A stretch of DNA of 64,000 bases from contig JAQVKM010000004.1 in the NCBI GenBank assembly GCA_028694645.1, positions 210-64,209 of the forward strand, in the 5' to 3' direction. The first letter of the stretch is position 1, and every line of letters begins with the position of its first letter. A program made the position numbers and the translations under genes. This DNA is from Bacilli bacterium. Its GTDB lineage: Bacteria > Bacillota_I > Bacilli_A > RF39 > UBA660. A model generated the notes under the pieces. It made no database searches. It was not told the DNA's origin and saw only the letters and a list, made by a program, of their open reading frames with translations. Below are positions 31,231 to 40,826 of this stretch, piece after piece.

Positions 31231-32188
31231 AAAAATAAAAATATTGGTAATTTTATTATTGACATTATCATTAACAGGATGTACTAAATATTTAAAAGTA
31301 GATAATAAAATAGTTCAAAATGAAGAAACAGGACAAAATTTAACAAAAAACATCTTGTGTGCACCGGAAGATGAAAATATTATAGTCTTATATAATGAAT
31401 ATAATAAGAAAGTTACAACAGAAAATAAAGTTAATTTAGAAGAATTACCTAAATGCATTAATTTAAATCCAACAACAGGGGAATATGAAGGAATATGGAC
31501 AACTATTTTTGTAAAACCATTGGCTTGGTTAATAATACAATTAGGTAACATTTTAAAAAGTTATGGTTTAGCTATTATAATTTCAACTATATTAATTAGA
31601 GGAATTATGTATCCATTTACTAAAAAACAAGCATTACAATCTGAAAATTTAAAAGAGGCTCAAAAAGATTTAAACAAATTAGAACAAAAATATGTTAATA
31701 AAACAGATTCAGAATCAATGATGCAAAAATCACAAGAAATGATGTTAATATATAAAAAATTTAATATAAATCCATTATCAGGTTGTTTATTTGCATTCAT
31801 TCAAATTCCGTTATTCTTTGCTTTTTTAGAGGCAATTAATAGAATACCAGTTATATTTGAAGAAAATTTCTTAGGATTATTTCAATTAGGAACATCGCCA
31901 TTTATAGCAGTATTTACAAATCATCAATATTATTATCTAATATTTATAATATTGATAGCTGGAGCAACATATTATTCTTTCAAACTTAACAGTGGAGCAG
32001 GTATAGGTAATAAAGCAGGATCAGAATCTCAAATGAAAATTATGACTAATATAATGGTAGTTTTTATGACAATAACAGCATTTTCAATATCAACAGGAAT
32101 TGCAATATATTGGACAATTTCAAACTTATTTACAATAGTACAAAATTTATTAGTAAAGAGAGGTAAAAAAAATGCTAGAAATAATTAA
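31223..32188 (+). CDS. yidC: Membrane protein insertase YidC/SpoIIIJ (lipoprotein type)
   Basis: 321 aa with lipobox LTLSLTGC and the YidC/Oxa1 five-TM core. Confidence 0.85.
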   Translation: MNKKIKILVILLLTLSLTGCTKYLKVDNKIVQNEETGQNLTKNILCAPEDENIIVLYNEYNKKVTTENKVNLEELPKCINLNPTTGEYEGIWTTIFVKPLAWLIIQLGNILKSYGLAIIISTILIRGIMYPFTKKQALQSENLKEAQKDLNKLEQKYVNKTDSESMMQKSQEMMLIYKKFNINPLSGCLFAFIQIPLFFAFLEAINRIPVIFEENFLGLFQLGTSPFIAVFTNHQYYYLIFIILIAGATYYSFKLNSGAGIGNKAGSESQMKIMTNIMVVFMTITAFSISTGIAIYWTISNLFTIVQNLLVKRGKKNARNN

Positions 32189-32789
32189 TGAAGAAGCTAA
32201 AACAAAAGAAGAAGCACTTGAAAAAATATTAAATAAAAATAATCTAAAACAAGAAGATTTGTTTTTAAAATCTGAATTTATTGAAGGAAAATTATTTAAA
32301 AGTGCTAAATATATAGTAACAGCATTAAAAAAAAGTGATGTTAAAAATTTTATTGAAAGTTTTATAAATAAATTAGGAAATTTAATGAATATAAATATTG
32401 AAAGTGAAATATTAGAAAAAGATGAAATATATAATATAACATTAATATCTGATAATAATTCAATATTAATAGGAAAAGATGGAAAAACACTTAATTCTAT
32501 TCAAACGATATTGAGACAAGCAGTTAAAAAAGAAGCAAATCTAGCTTTAAAGATAAATTTAGATGTTGCAAATTATAAAGTAAAGAAAATGAAAAATATA
32601 GAATACGAAGTTAAATCTATAGTTAAAGAAGTTTTATCTTCAAAAATAGATGTTAGCTTAGATCCAATGAATTCTTATGAAAGAAGATTGGTTCATAATA
32701 TAGTAAACCAATATGAAAATTTAAAAACAGAAAGTACTGGAGAAGGAAAAGATAGACACGTAGTAATAAAATATATTGAAAAAGCATAA
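32172..32789 (+). CDS. khpB: RNA-binding protein Jag/KhpB (KH plus R3H domains)
   Basis: 205 aa with C-terminal R3H motif (SYERRLVHNIV). Overlaps yidC as in spoIIIJ-jag operons. Confidence 0.8.
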   Translation: MLEIINEEAKTKEEALEKILNKNNLKQEDLFLKSEFIEGKLFKSAKYIVTALKKSDVKNFIESFINKLGNLMNINIESEILEKDEIYNITLISDNNSILIGKDGKTLNSIQTILRQAVKKEANLALKINLDVANYKVKKMKNIEYEVKSIVKEVLSSKIDVSLDPMNSYERRLVHNIVNQYENLKTESTGEGKDRHVVIKYIEKA

Positions 32790-32855
32790 TTATATGCTTT
32801 TTTCTTGACTATAAATATATAATAATGTAAACTTATTTTGAAAAAGGTGATACTA

Positions 32856-33359
32856 ATGTCTATATCAGATAAAATAGAATATTATCAAATAATAAATGAA
32901 ATATTAGATAATAATGAATTTCAAAAAAGAAAAACCTATAAACATCATGGAAATATAACAGTATATGAACACTCACTTGCTGTATCAAAATTATCTTATA
33001 TTATGGCAAAAAAAATAAAAAAAGATTATAAAGTTGCAGCAATATCGGGATTATTACATGATTTTTATACTGAACCATGGCAAGAAATAAAAGAAAAAAA
33101 ACCACTTTTTGAAAAACATGGTTTTGTTCATGCTGCAGAAGCTAAAAAAAATTCACAACAACATTTTGCAAGTTTAATGAATAATAAGATAGAAAACAGT
33201 ATTCAAAGACATATGTTTCCACTAAACAAAATACCACCAAAATATATAGAGGGATGGATTGTTATGTTGGCAGACAAATATATTTCTTTGGAAGTATTTT
33301 TAAATCCAAAATGCTTACCAAGATTATTAGGTTTTAAAAGAAAAATAAAGGAGAATTAA
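32856..33359 (+). CDS. HD-domain phosphohydrolase (167 aa)
   Basis: Start moved to MSISDK (AAGGTGAT RBS). It has an H...HD metal-binding pattern (HHGNITVYEHSLAV ... LLHDFY). It sits between jag and mnmE, which are normally adjacent. Confidence 0.55.
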   Translation: MSISDKIEYYQIINEILDNNEFQKRKTYKHHGNITVYEHSLAVSKLSYIMAKKIKKDYKVAAISGLLHDFYTEPWQEIKEKKPLFEKHGFVHAAEAKKNSQQHFASLMNNKIENSIQRHMFPLNKIPPKYIEGWIVMLADKYISLEVFLNPKCLPRLLGFKRKIKEN

Positions 33360-33360
33360 T

Positions 33361-34716
33361 ATGGAAGATACAATTGTCGCAATAGCTACACCTCTTGGAG
33401 TAGGAGCCATTTCTATTATAAGGGTAAGTGGAACTGAAGCTATAAAAATAGTTAACAAAATATTTTCTAATAATAATTTGCACAAAGTAAAATCACATAC
33501 TATTAATTACGGATTTATAGTTGAAAATAATGAAAAAATAGATGAAGTTTTAATTAGTGTTATGAAAGCTCCAAAAACATACACGAAAGAAGACATAATT
33601 GAAATTAATTGTCATGGTGGGATTGCAACAACTAATAAGGTACTTGAATTATTAATAGAAAATGGTTGTCGATTAGCAGAACCAGGTGAATTTACTAAGC
33701 GTGCTTTTTTAAATGGAAGAATAGATTTAACAGAAGCAGAAGGAATAATGAATTTAATTAATTCTAAAACAGAAACAGCAAGAAAATTATTTATAAATCA
33801 ATTAAGTGGAAGAGTATCTAATAAAATAGAAAAAATAAGACAAGATATAATAGAAGTTCTAGCTAATATAGAAGTAAATATAGATTATCCTGAATATGAG
33901 GATATCGAAAAAATGACCTTAGAAATGTTAAAACCAAGAATTGAAGAATTAAAAAAAACAATTAGAAAAGTTCTTGATGAAAGCAAAAACGGAAAAATAA
34001 TAAAAGAAGGAATTCAAACAGCCATAATAGGAAGACCAAATGTAGGAAAAAGTAGTATTTTAAATGCATTAATTGAAGAAGATAAAGCAATAGTTACTGA
34101 TATTGCGGGTACAACTAGAGATATAGTTGAGGGTCAAATAAATCTAGATGGAATTTTGTTAAATTTTATAGATACAGCAGGAATTAGAGAAACGACGGAT
34201 ATTGTAGAATCAATAGGAGTTAACAAAAGTAAGGAAATAATAAATAAAGCAGATTTAATTTTATTTGTTTTAAATAATAATAATGAAATTCATGAAGAAG
34301 ATATAAAAATACTTGAAAATTTAAAAAATAAAAATTATATTATTATTATAAATAAAATAGATTTAGAATCTAAAATAGATATAAATTTAATAAAAGAAGA
34401 AAAAGTAATAGAAATGAGCATATTAAATAATATAGGAATTGAAGAATTGAAACAAGAGATATTAAAAATTTTTAATTTAAATAAATTAGAACTAAATGAT
34501 TTAACATATTTATCATCATCAAGATCGATAGCTATTTTAAAGCAAATTAATTCAACAATATTAGATATAGAAAAAGCAATTGATTTACAATTGCCAATAG
34601 ATATGATAGAAATAGATTTAAAAGAAATATGGAATAAATTAGGAGAAATAATTGGAAAGTCATATGAAAACGAATTAATTGATCAACTATTTAGTCAATT
34701 TTGCTTAGGTAAATGA
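33361..34716 (+). CDS. mnmE: tRNA modification GTPase MnmE
   Basis: 451 aa with G-domain motifs (GRPNVGKSS, DTAG) and C-terminal FCLGK (C-I-G-K). Confidence 0.95.
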   Translation: MEDTIVAIATPLGVGAISIIRVSGTEAIKIVNKIFSNNNLHKVKSHTINYGFIVENNEKIDEVLISVMKAPKTYTKEDIIEINCHGGIATTNKVLELLIENGCRLAEPGEFTKRAFLNGRIDLTEAEGIMNLINSKTETARKLFINQLSGRVSNKIEKIRQDIIEVLANIEVNIDYPEYEDIEKMTLEMLKPRIEELKKTIRKVLDESKNGKIIKEGIQTAIIGRPNVGKSSILNALIEEDKAIVTDIAGTTRDIVEGQINLDGILLNFIDTAGIRETTDIVESIGVNKSKEIINKADLILFVLNNNNEIHEEDIKILENLKNKNYIIIINKIDLESKIDINLIKEEKVIEMSILNNIGIEELKQEILKIFNLNKLELNDLTYLSSSRSIAILKQINSTILDIEKAIDLQLPIDMIEIDLKEIWNKLGEIIGKSYENELIDQLFSQFCLGK

Positions 34717-35007
34717 TCTTTCTTTATTAATAACATATTTTTTTGTTTGAACAGAGTAGATATTATTATCTACTTTTTTTACACTTTTATAAAATTTTTG
34801 ATATCTAATCTTATTTATGTCAGATAAATAATCGAAATCATAGCATAAATATTGACTTAACGAAGATAAAAAACCATTATATAAAACAGGCATGTTTTCA
34901 ATAACATATTTACCTTCTTCAATCTCAAATGCTAAATACTTAATATTTTCATTATCTAAATAATTGCCAACATTTTGAAAAAATAATAAATTAATATTTT
35001 CTTTCAT
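34705..35007 (-). CDS. Hypothetical protein (100 aa), antisense insertion between mnmE and mnmG
   Basis: Minus-strand ORF MKENINLLFFQNVGNYLDNENIKY..., with a GAGGTGAT RBS 7 nt upstream. Its 3' end overlaps the mnmE stop by 12 nt. No recognisable family. Confidence 0.4.
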   Translation of the reverse strand: MKENINLLFFQNVGNYLDNENIKYLAFEIEEGKYVIENMPVLYNGFLSSLSQYLCYDFDYLSDINKIRYQKFYKSVKKVDNNIYSVQTKKYVINKERSFT

Positions 35008-35117
35008 ATCAAATCACCTCATAACAATATATTATCTTAAAAATAATATATGTTATAAATGTTGTTTTATTAATTAAATAATAGTATAATATGAAAAGTT
35101 TAGAGGAAGTGATAAAT

Positions 35118-36992
35118 ATGGAATATGAAGTAATTGTTGTTGGTGGGGGTCATGCAGGATGTGAGGCATGTCTTGCTACTGCACGTATGGGGCATAAAAC
35201 TTTATTGATAACAGGGAATATTAAAAATATTGCAGATATGCCATGTAATCCATCTATAGGTGGATCGGCAAAGGGTATTGTAGTAAGAGAAATAGATGCA
35301 TTGGGTGGACAAATGGGTAAAAATGCCGATCAATCATTACTACAGTTGAAAATGCTAAACAATAAAAAAGGTCCAGCAATTAAAGCACTTCGCGCACAAG
35401 CAGATAAAATAACTTATCCACAAAACATGTGGAAAACTATTTGTGAAACAAAAAATTTAGATGTTAAAGAAGCCTTGGTAGAGGACTTAATTGTGGAAAA
35501 CAATAGAATTAAGGGGATAATTTTAGAAAATAATGAAAAAATTTATTCAAAAACAGTAATTTTAACAACGGGAACATATATGAAAGCGGATATTTTGAGA
35601 GGATCAATGCGTAGAAGAGAAGGCCCTCATGGTGAAAAACCAAGCAATCATTTAAGTGATAATTTAGCAAGGTTAGGATTTATTATTAAAAGATTGAAAA
35701 CAGGAACTCCAGCAAGATTAGAAAAATCAACAATAGATTTTTCTAAGTTACAAATAGAAAATGGGGATAGTGAATATCATACTTTTAGTTTTGATAATGC
35801 ACCAACATATGATGTTGATAAACAAATTCCATGTCATTTGATTTATACAACAGAGCAAACACATGAAATAATAAGAAACAATTTAAATAAATCAAGTATG
35901 TATGGAGGGCTAGATGATATTCAAGGAATAGGACCAAGATATTGTCCTTCAATTGAAGACAAAATAGTTCGTTTTTCAGATAAAGAAAGACATCAATTAT
36001 TTTTAGAGCCAGAAAGCATATATTATGATGATATGTATTTGCAAGGATTTTCTACTAGTATGCCAGAAGATGTTCAGGAACTAATGGTTCACAGCTTAAG
36101 AGGTTTAGAAAAAGCTAAAATTCTTAAATATGCATATGCTATAGAATATGACTCAATATATCCAACACAATTAAAAAGAAGTTTGGAAACAAAGCTAATT
36201 GAAAATTTGTTTACAGCAGGACAAATAAATGGATCTAGTGGATATGAAGAAGCAGCGTGTCAGGGATTAATAGCTGGTATAAATGCTGGATTGAAATTGG
36301 AAAATAAAGACCCTTTTATCTTAAAAAGAAGTGATGCATATATAGGTGTTCTAATAGACGATTTAATTACAAAAGGAATTAGGGATCCATATAGACTATT
36401 AACTTCACGAGCAGAATATAGATTATTACTTCGCCATGATAATGCTGATTTAAGATTAAGAGAATATGGATATAAAATTGGACTTATTGATGAAAAACAA
36501 TATTATAAATTATTAAATAAAAAACAAGGAATAATAGATTTAACTAATAAACTTAAAGAAATAAAAATAACACCAAAAGAAGAAATAAATCAATATTTAA
36601 TTAAAAATAACTCTAGTATTATTAAGGATGGAATAAGTTTATATAATTTATTAAAAAGGCCAGAAATAACATTTGAAAATATTAAACATTTTGTTGATAT
36701 AGACTATTCAGATGAAGTATTAGAACAAGTTGAGATAAATGTTAAATATGAGGGATATTTATTAAAAGCAGAAAAAGAAGTAGAAAAAATGTTGAAATTA
36801 GAAAACAAAAAAATACCACTAAATATTGACTATGATAAAGTTAAAAATATTGCTAGTGAAGCAAGACAAAAATTAAAAGAAATAAAACCAACTTCTATTG
36901 GACAAGCAATAAGAATTAGTGGAGTTAATCCTGCCGATATATCTGTATTAATGATATATTTGAAAAAGGAGTTTAAAAATGAATATAAATAA
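35118..36992 (+). CDS. mnmG: tRNA uridine 5-carboxymethylaminomethyl modification enzyme MnmG
   Basis: Start moved to MEYEVIVVGGGHAGCEA (FAD-binding GGGHAG). Confidence 0.95.
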   Translation: MEYEVIVVGGGHAGCEACLATARMGHKTLLITGNIKNIADMPCNPSIGGSAKGIVVREIDALGGQMGKNADQSLLQLKMLNNKKGPAIKALRAQADKITYPQNMWKTICETKNLDVKEALVEDLIVENNRIKGIILENNEKIYSKTVILTTGTYMKADILRGSMRRREGPHGEKPSNHLSDNLARLGFIIKRLKTGTPARLEKSTIDFSKLQIENGDSEYHTFSFDNAPTYDVDKQIPCHLIYTTEQTHEIIRNNLNKSSMYGGLDDIQGIGPRYCPSIEDKIVRFSDKERHQLFLEPESIYYDDMYLQGFSTSMPEDVQELMVHSLRGLEKAKILKYAYAIEYDSIYPTQLKRSLETKLIENLFTAGQINGSSGYEEAACQGLIAGINAGLKLENKDPFILKRSDAYIGVLIDDLITKGIRDPYRLLTSRAEYRLLLRHDNADLRLREYGYKIGLIDEKQYYKLLNKKQGIIDLTNKLKEIKITPKEEINQYLIKNNSSIIKDGISLYNLLKRPEITFENIKHFVDIDYSDEVLEQVEINVKYEGYLLKAEKEVEKMLKLENKKIPLNIDYDKVKNIASEARQKLKEIKPTSIGQAIRISGVNPADISVLMIYLKKEFKNEYK

Positions 36993-37683
36993 GTTTAAAG
37001 AGGAATTAAAGAAAATAGGGATAGAAATAAGTGATTTTCAATTAAATCAATTACAAATTTATTATGAAATGATTATTGAATATAATAAAGTGATGAATTT
37101 AACTGGAATAACAGATAAGGAACAAGTATATCTAAAACATTTTTATGATAGTATTACATTAGCATCAGTAATTGATTTAACAAAAGAAGAAACATTGTGT
37201 GATATAGGAACAGGTGCAGGTTTTCCTGGATTGGTATTAAAAATTGTTTTCCCTCATTTAAAAATAACTTTACTAGATTCATTAAATAAACGAATAAAAT
37301 TTTTAAATTTAGTTATTGAAAGATTAGATTTAGACAATATCTTTGTTATTCATACAAGAGCAGAAGATTATGCAATTAATAATAGAAATAAATTTGATAT
37401 AACAACAGCTCGTGCAGTAGCTCATTTATCTATTTTACTTGAATATGCTATACCAATGACTAAACAAAAAAAATATTTCATTGCAATGAAAGCAAATATT
37501 GAACAAGAAATAAGCGAAATAGATAATGCATTATTAAAATTAAATACCAAATTAATAACAAAAAAGGAATTTAAATTACCAATGGAAGAAAGTAATAGAA
37601 CGATTTTAAAATTTCAAAAAGAAAAAGATAATGTCAAATTTCCAAGAAAAAACAGTGAGATATTAAAAAATAAATTATTATAA
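36979..37683 (+). CDS. rsmG: 16S rRNA (guanine527-N7)-methyltransferase RsmG
   Basis: 234 aa with SAM motif DIGTGAGFPGL. Confidence 0.9.
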   Translation: MNINKFKEELKKIGIEISDFQLNQLQIYYEMIIEYNKVMNLTGITDKEQVYLKHFYDSITLASVIDLTKEETLCDIGTGAGFPGLVLKIVFPHLKITLLDSLNKRIKFLNLVIERLDLDNIFVIHTRAEDYAINNRNKFDITTARAVAHLSILLEYAIPMTKQKKYFIAMKANIEQEISEIDNALLKLNTKLITKKEFKLPMEESNRTILKFQKEKDNVKFPRKNSEILKNKLL

Positions 37684-37769
37684 TTTATTTTTTTTTATTA
37701 TTAAACATTATTTTAATTCATGGGAAATAAGGATATTTCAAAAAAAATGAAAATATTTTCCAAAAACAA

Positions 37770-37798
37770 TTGAAATATTTCCCAGGAAATAGTATTAT
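37770..37798 (+). promoter_or_regulatory. noc-like gene promoter with an embedded NBS-like palindrome
   Basis: -35 TTGAAA (37770..37775), 17-nt spacer, -10 TATTAT (37793..37798). The spacer TATTTCCCAGGAAATA (37776..37791) is a one-mismatch NBS (consensus ATTTCCCGGGAAAT). Further GAAAT/ATTTC half-site palindromes lie upstream at 37722..37740 and 37749..37761. Confidence 0.45.
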
Positions 37799-37824
37799 GT
37801 AATATAGAATAAGGAGTGGTTAAT

Positions 37825-39438
37825 GTGAATATGGAGCATGAAATTCAAATTTTGAATATTGATGATATTTTACCAAATAGATTTCAACCAAGAATCCAAT
37901 TCAATGATCGAAATATTAATGAATTAGCTGATTCTATAAAAGAGCATGGTGTAATACAACCGATTGTTGTCAGAAAAGTTAGTGATAAATTTGAAATAAT
38001 AGCAGGAGAAAGAAGATACAAGGCAAGTATATTAGCAGGAAAAACAACAATTCCAGCAATTATAACTAATCTTGATGATAAAAATAGTGCTGAAGTTGCC
38101 TTAATTGAAAATGTACAAAGACAAGATTTAACACCTATTGAAGAAGCAGTATCTTATAAAAAAATATTAGATATGGGATATATTACACAAGGCGATTTAG
38201 CTGAAAAATTAGGAAAAACACAATCAACAATAGCTAATAAATTACGTTTATTAAATCTTGATGATGAAGTACAAGAGGCTTTATTAGATGGAAAAATTTC
38301 AGAAAGACACGCAAGATCTTTGTTAAAATTAGATAATATACATCAAATAATAATGCTTAATAGAATAATAGATGAGAGATTAACTGTGAGAAAAACAGAT
38401 GAAGAAATAGAAAAAATGGTTAAAGAAGATAAAAATATTAAACTAAAAAATGAAAGTGGGGAAGAAAAAATGGATCAAATGGAAGAAAAAATAATAAATC
38501 AATTCAATATTCCAAGTAACCCAATAATAGAACCAAAAGAAGAACCAATTTATGAAATAGAAAAAACAGATAGTATTAATCCAGGATTCATGGATATATC
38601 TAAAATAGAAGAAGAAGCAGAAGATATTTTTAAGGATGAAAAAACTGCAGATATAAATATGTTATTGGAAAAAACAGAGGTTCCAGAGTTAGAGCCAATG
38701 AGTCCAATGGCCCCAGTTCAACCTATTATAAATGAAGAAAATACTGAAAAATCACAATTTGGTGGAAAATTCTTTAACATGTTTAATTTTAAAAAAGAAG
38801 AAGAAAACCCTAATTTTGTTGAAAATTTAGAAAATAAAGAAGTAAATATAGATTTTGGAATTCCAACAGCACCTCAAGCAGTATTTAATCCTTTTGTTAC
38901 AACTCAAGAAGAAAAAATAAATATGCAACCAGAGCAAGAAGAAAATATAAATAAAGAATTGTTTGATAATAATAAAGAAGAAATCGATAACCAACAGGCA
39001 ACAAATTTCTTTAATAATTTTGATACTAATGAAAGACAAGATATAGAAGTTAAACCAGAAGTAAATACATCTAATTTTGAAATTCCTGTAGAAGAAGATT
39101 TAATATTTAATCCAATTAATCCATATACTCTTAACGAAGAGAGTCAATTTTCAATTTATAAAGAATCAAATCAAATTCCAACAACAGAAGAAAACTCAGT
39201 TGTTCAACCTTTCTCATCAGTGGAACCAATTTATAATGAAATAGATGAAATACCAACTATAAAAGAGGCAGAAGTAATTACATCTAATGAAAATAATGTT
39301 CAAAATAAAGATTTTAAAATTATAATAAATACTATAAGAGAATGTGCAAAAACAATAGAAAAAATGGGATATAAAATAGATACTGAGGAAATTGATTTTG
39401 AAAACGATTATCAAGTAATATTTAAAATAGAAAAATAA
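37825..39438 (+). CDS. noc: Noc-like ParB-family protein with long low-complexity insertion (about 535 aa)
   Basis: The ParB N-domain and HTH are close to B. subtilis Noc (IAGERRYKAS, LIENVQRQDL, KLGKTQSTIANKLRLL identical, ERHARSLLKL). The C-terminal segment NTIRECAKTIEKMGYKIDTEEIDFENDYQVIFKIEK matches the Noc C-terminus ([36 protein letters not shown]). About 235 aa of E/N/P/F-rich low-complexity sequence separate the two. The gene follows rsmG as noc does in B. subtilis. The start is ambiguous between GTG 37825 and ATG 37831, both after an AAGGAG RBS. Confidence 0.75.
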   Translation: MNMEHEIQILNIDDILPNRFQPRIQFNDRNINELADSIKEHGVIQPIVVRKVSDKFEIIAGERRYKASILAGKTTIPAIITNLDDKNSAEVALIENVQRQDLTPIEEAVSYKKILDMGYITQGDLAEKLGKTQSTIANKLRLLNLDDEVQEALLDGKISERHARSLLKLDNIHQIIMLNRIIDERLTVRKTDEEIEKMVKEDKNIKLKNESGEEKMDQMEEKIINQFNIPSNPIIEPKEEPIYEIEKTDSINPGFMDISKIEEEAEDIFKDEKTADINMLLEKTEVPELEPMSPMAPVQPIINEENTEKSQFGGKFFNMFNFKKEEENPNFVENLENKEVNIDFGIPTAPQAVFNPFVTTQEEKINMQPEQEENINKELFDNNKEEIDNQQATNFFNNFDTNERQDIEVKPEVNTSNFEIPVEEDLIFNPINPYTLNEESQFSIYKESNQIPTTEENSVVQPFSSVEPIYNEIDEIPTIKEAEVITSNENNVQNKDFKIIINTIRECAKTIEKMGYKIDTEEIDFENDYQVIFKIEK

Positions 39439-39508
39439 AGGAACCCTTTATTTTTTTTCTACAAAAAATAACATCATAACATAATAAAATACATATTAGG
39501 TGATAAAA

Positions 39509-40807
39509 ATGTTTATTATAATAAAAAAAATAATATGGGGAATAACTTCATTAACAATAGTTTTATCTAGTATTTATTTATCAATGGTACTTAAATTTCC
39601 ACAAATAAAATTTATTCAAATATTTAGAAGTCTAATTTCAAAAGATACAAAAAAAGGACAAATAGGGAACATTCAAACATTATTACTTTCACTAGCTGGT
39701 AAAATCGGGGTAGGTAGTATTGCAGGTATTTCTTTAGCTATATATATAGGTGGTCCAGGAACAATATTTTGGATATGGGTTATTTCTATAATAACTGGGG
39801 TTTTGACATATTCTGAAACAATATTGGGATTACTATATAGGAACAAAAATCATAATATTAATATAGGAGGACCCAGCTACTATATAAAAAACGGTTTAGG
39901 ATTTAAAAAATTAAGTAAAATATATGCAATCATGGTAATTTTAAGCTATATAGGTGGATTTTTAGGTGTACAGACAAATACAATAACTAAATCAATAAAT
40001 CAATTTTTAAATATATCACCATATTTAATAGGAACAGTAATTTCTATAATAACTTTACTAATTATATCCAAGGGAATAAAAAAAATATCTGATATTACAT
40101 CTAAAATCGTTCCCTTCATGGTTTTAATATATATAATTTCAGGAATATATATAATAATAATGAATGTTAATAAGATTCCAAGTATAATTTTGACCATATT
40201 GATAGATGCTTTTAATTATAAAAGTTTTTTTTCTGCCTTTTTACCAACTTTTTTTATAGGAATGCAAAGAAGTATATTTGCAACAGAAGCTGGTCTTGGA
40301 ACAGGAAGTATAGCTTCATCTTTAACCGATAGTAACAAAATAATAAAGCAGGCATATATTCAAACGGCAGGAATATATATAACAAGTTTTTTAATTTGCA
40401 CCATAACCGCGTTTATAATATTGACTAATGATTATCAAAATCAATTAATTGGTGATGTAAATGGAATTGAAATAATTCAAAATATATTTTATAATATCAT
40501 GGGAAATATTGGTACAGTAATAATTTTTATATCAATCTTTTTATTTGCTTTTTCAACAATTTTAACAGGTTATTATTATGGAGAAGTATCATTGAAATTT
40601 ATAAAAGATAGTAATAAACATATTAAATTATTAAAAATTATTACTACTATAAATCTTTTTTTAGGCTGTATTTTATCATCTGAATTTATTTGGAATATTG
40701 TTGATATGTTAGTAGCTGTACTTTCTATAATAAATATAATAGCAATTTTGAAATTAAAAAGCGATATTTTAAGAGAAACAATTGAATACAATCAAAAAAA
40801 AGTATAA
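39509..40807 (+). CDS. Alanine/glycine:cation symporter (AGCS family)
   Basis: Start moved to MFIII (AGGTGAT RBS). The conserved AGCS N-region is present (LLLSLAGKIGVGSIAGISLAIYIGGPGTIFWIWVISIITG), with about 11 TM helices. Confidence 0.7.
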   Translation: MFIIIKKIIWGITSLTIVLSSIYLSMVLKFPQIKFIQIFRSLISKDTKKGQIGNIQTLLLSLAGKIGVGSIAGISLAIYIGGPGTIFWIWVISIITGVLTYSETILGLLYRNKNHNINIGGPSYYIKNGLGFKKLSKIYAIMVILSYIGGFLGVQTNTITKSINQFLNISPYLIGTVISIITLLIISKGIKKISDITSKIVPFMVLIYIISGIYIIIMNVNKIPSIILTILIDAFNYKSFFSAFLPTFFIGMQRSIFATEAGLGTGSIASSLTDSNKIIKQAYIQTAGIYITSFLICTITAFIILTNDYQNQLIGDVNGIEIIQNIFYNIMGNIGTVIIFISIFLFAFSTILTGYYYGEVSLKFIKDSNKHIKLLKIITTINLFLGCILSSEFIWNIVDMLVAVLSIINIIAILKLKSDILRETIEYNQKKV

Positions 40808-40826
40808 AATATTATTTGGTGATAAA

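Noticed and set aside
37684-37815. 17-codon ORF (MGNKDISKKMKIFSKNN) in the rsmG-noc spacer
   Set aside because: Too short, no RBS, and it overlaps the promoter and operator motifs. It is more plausibly regulatory DNA.
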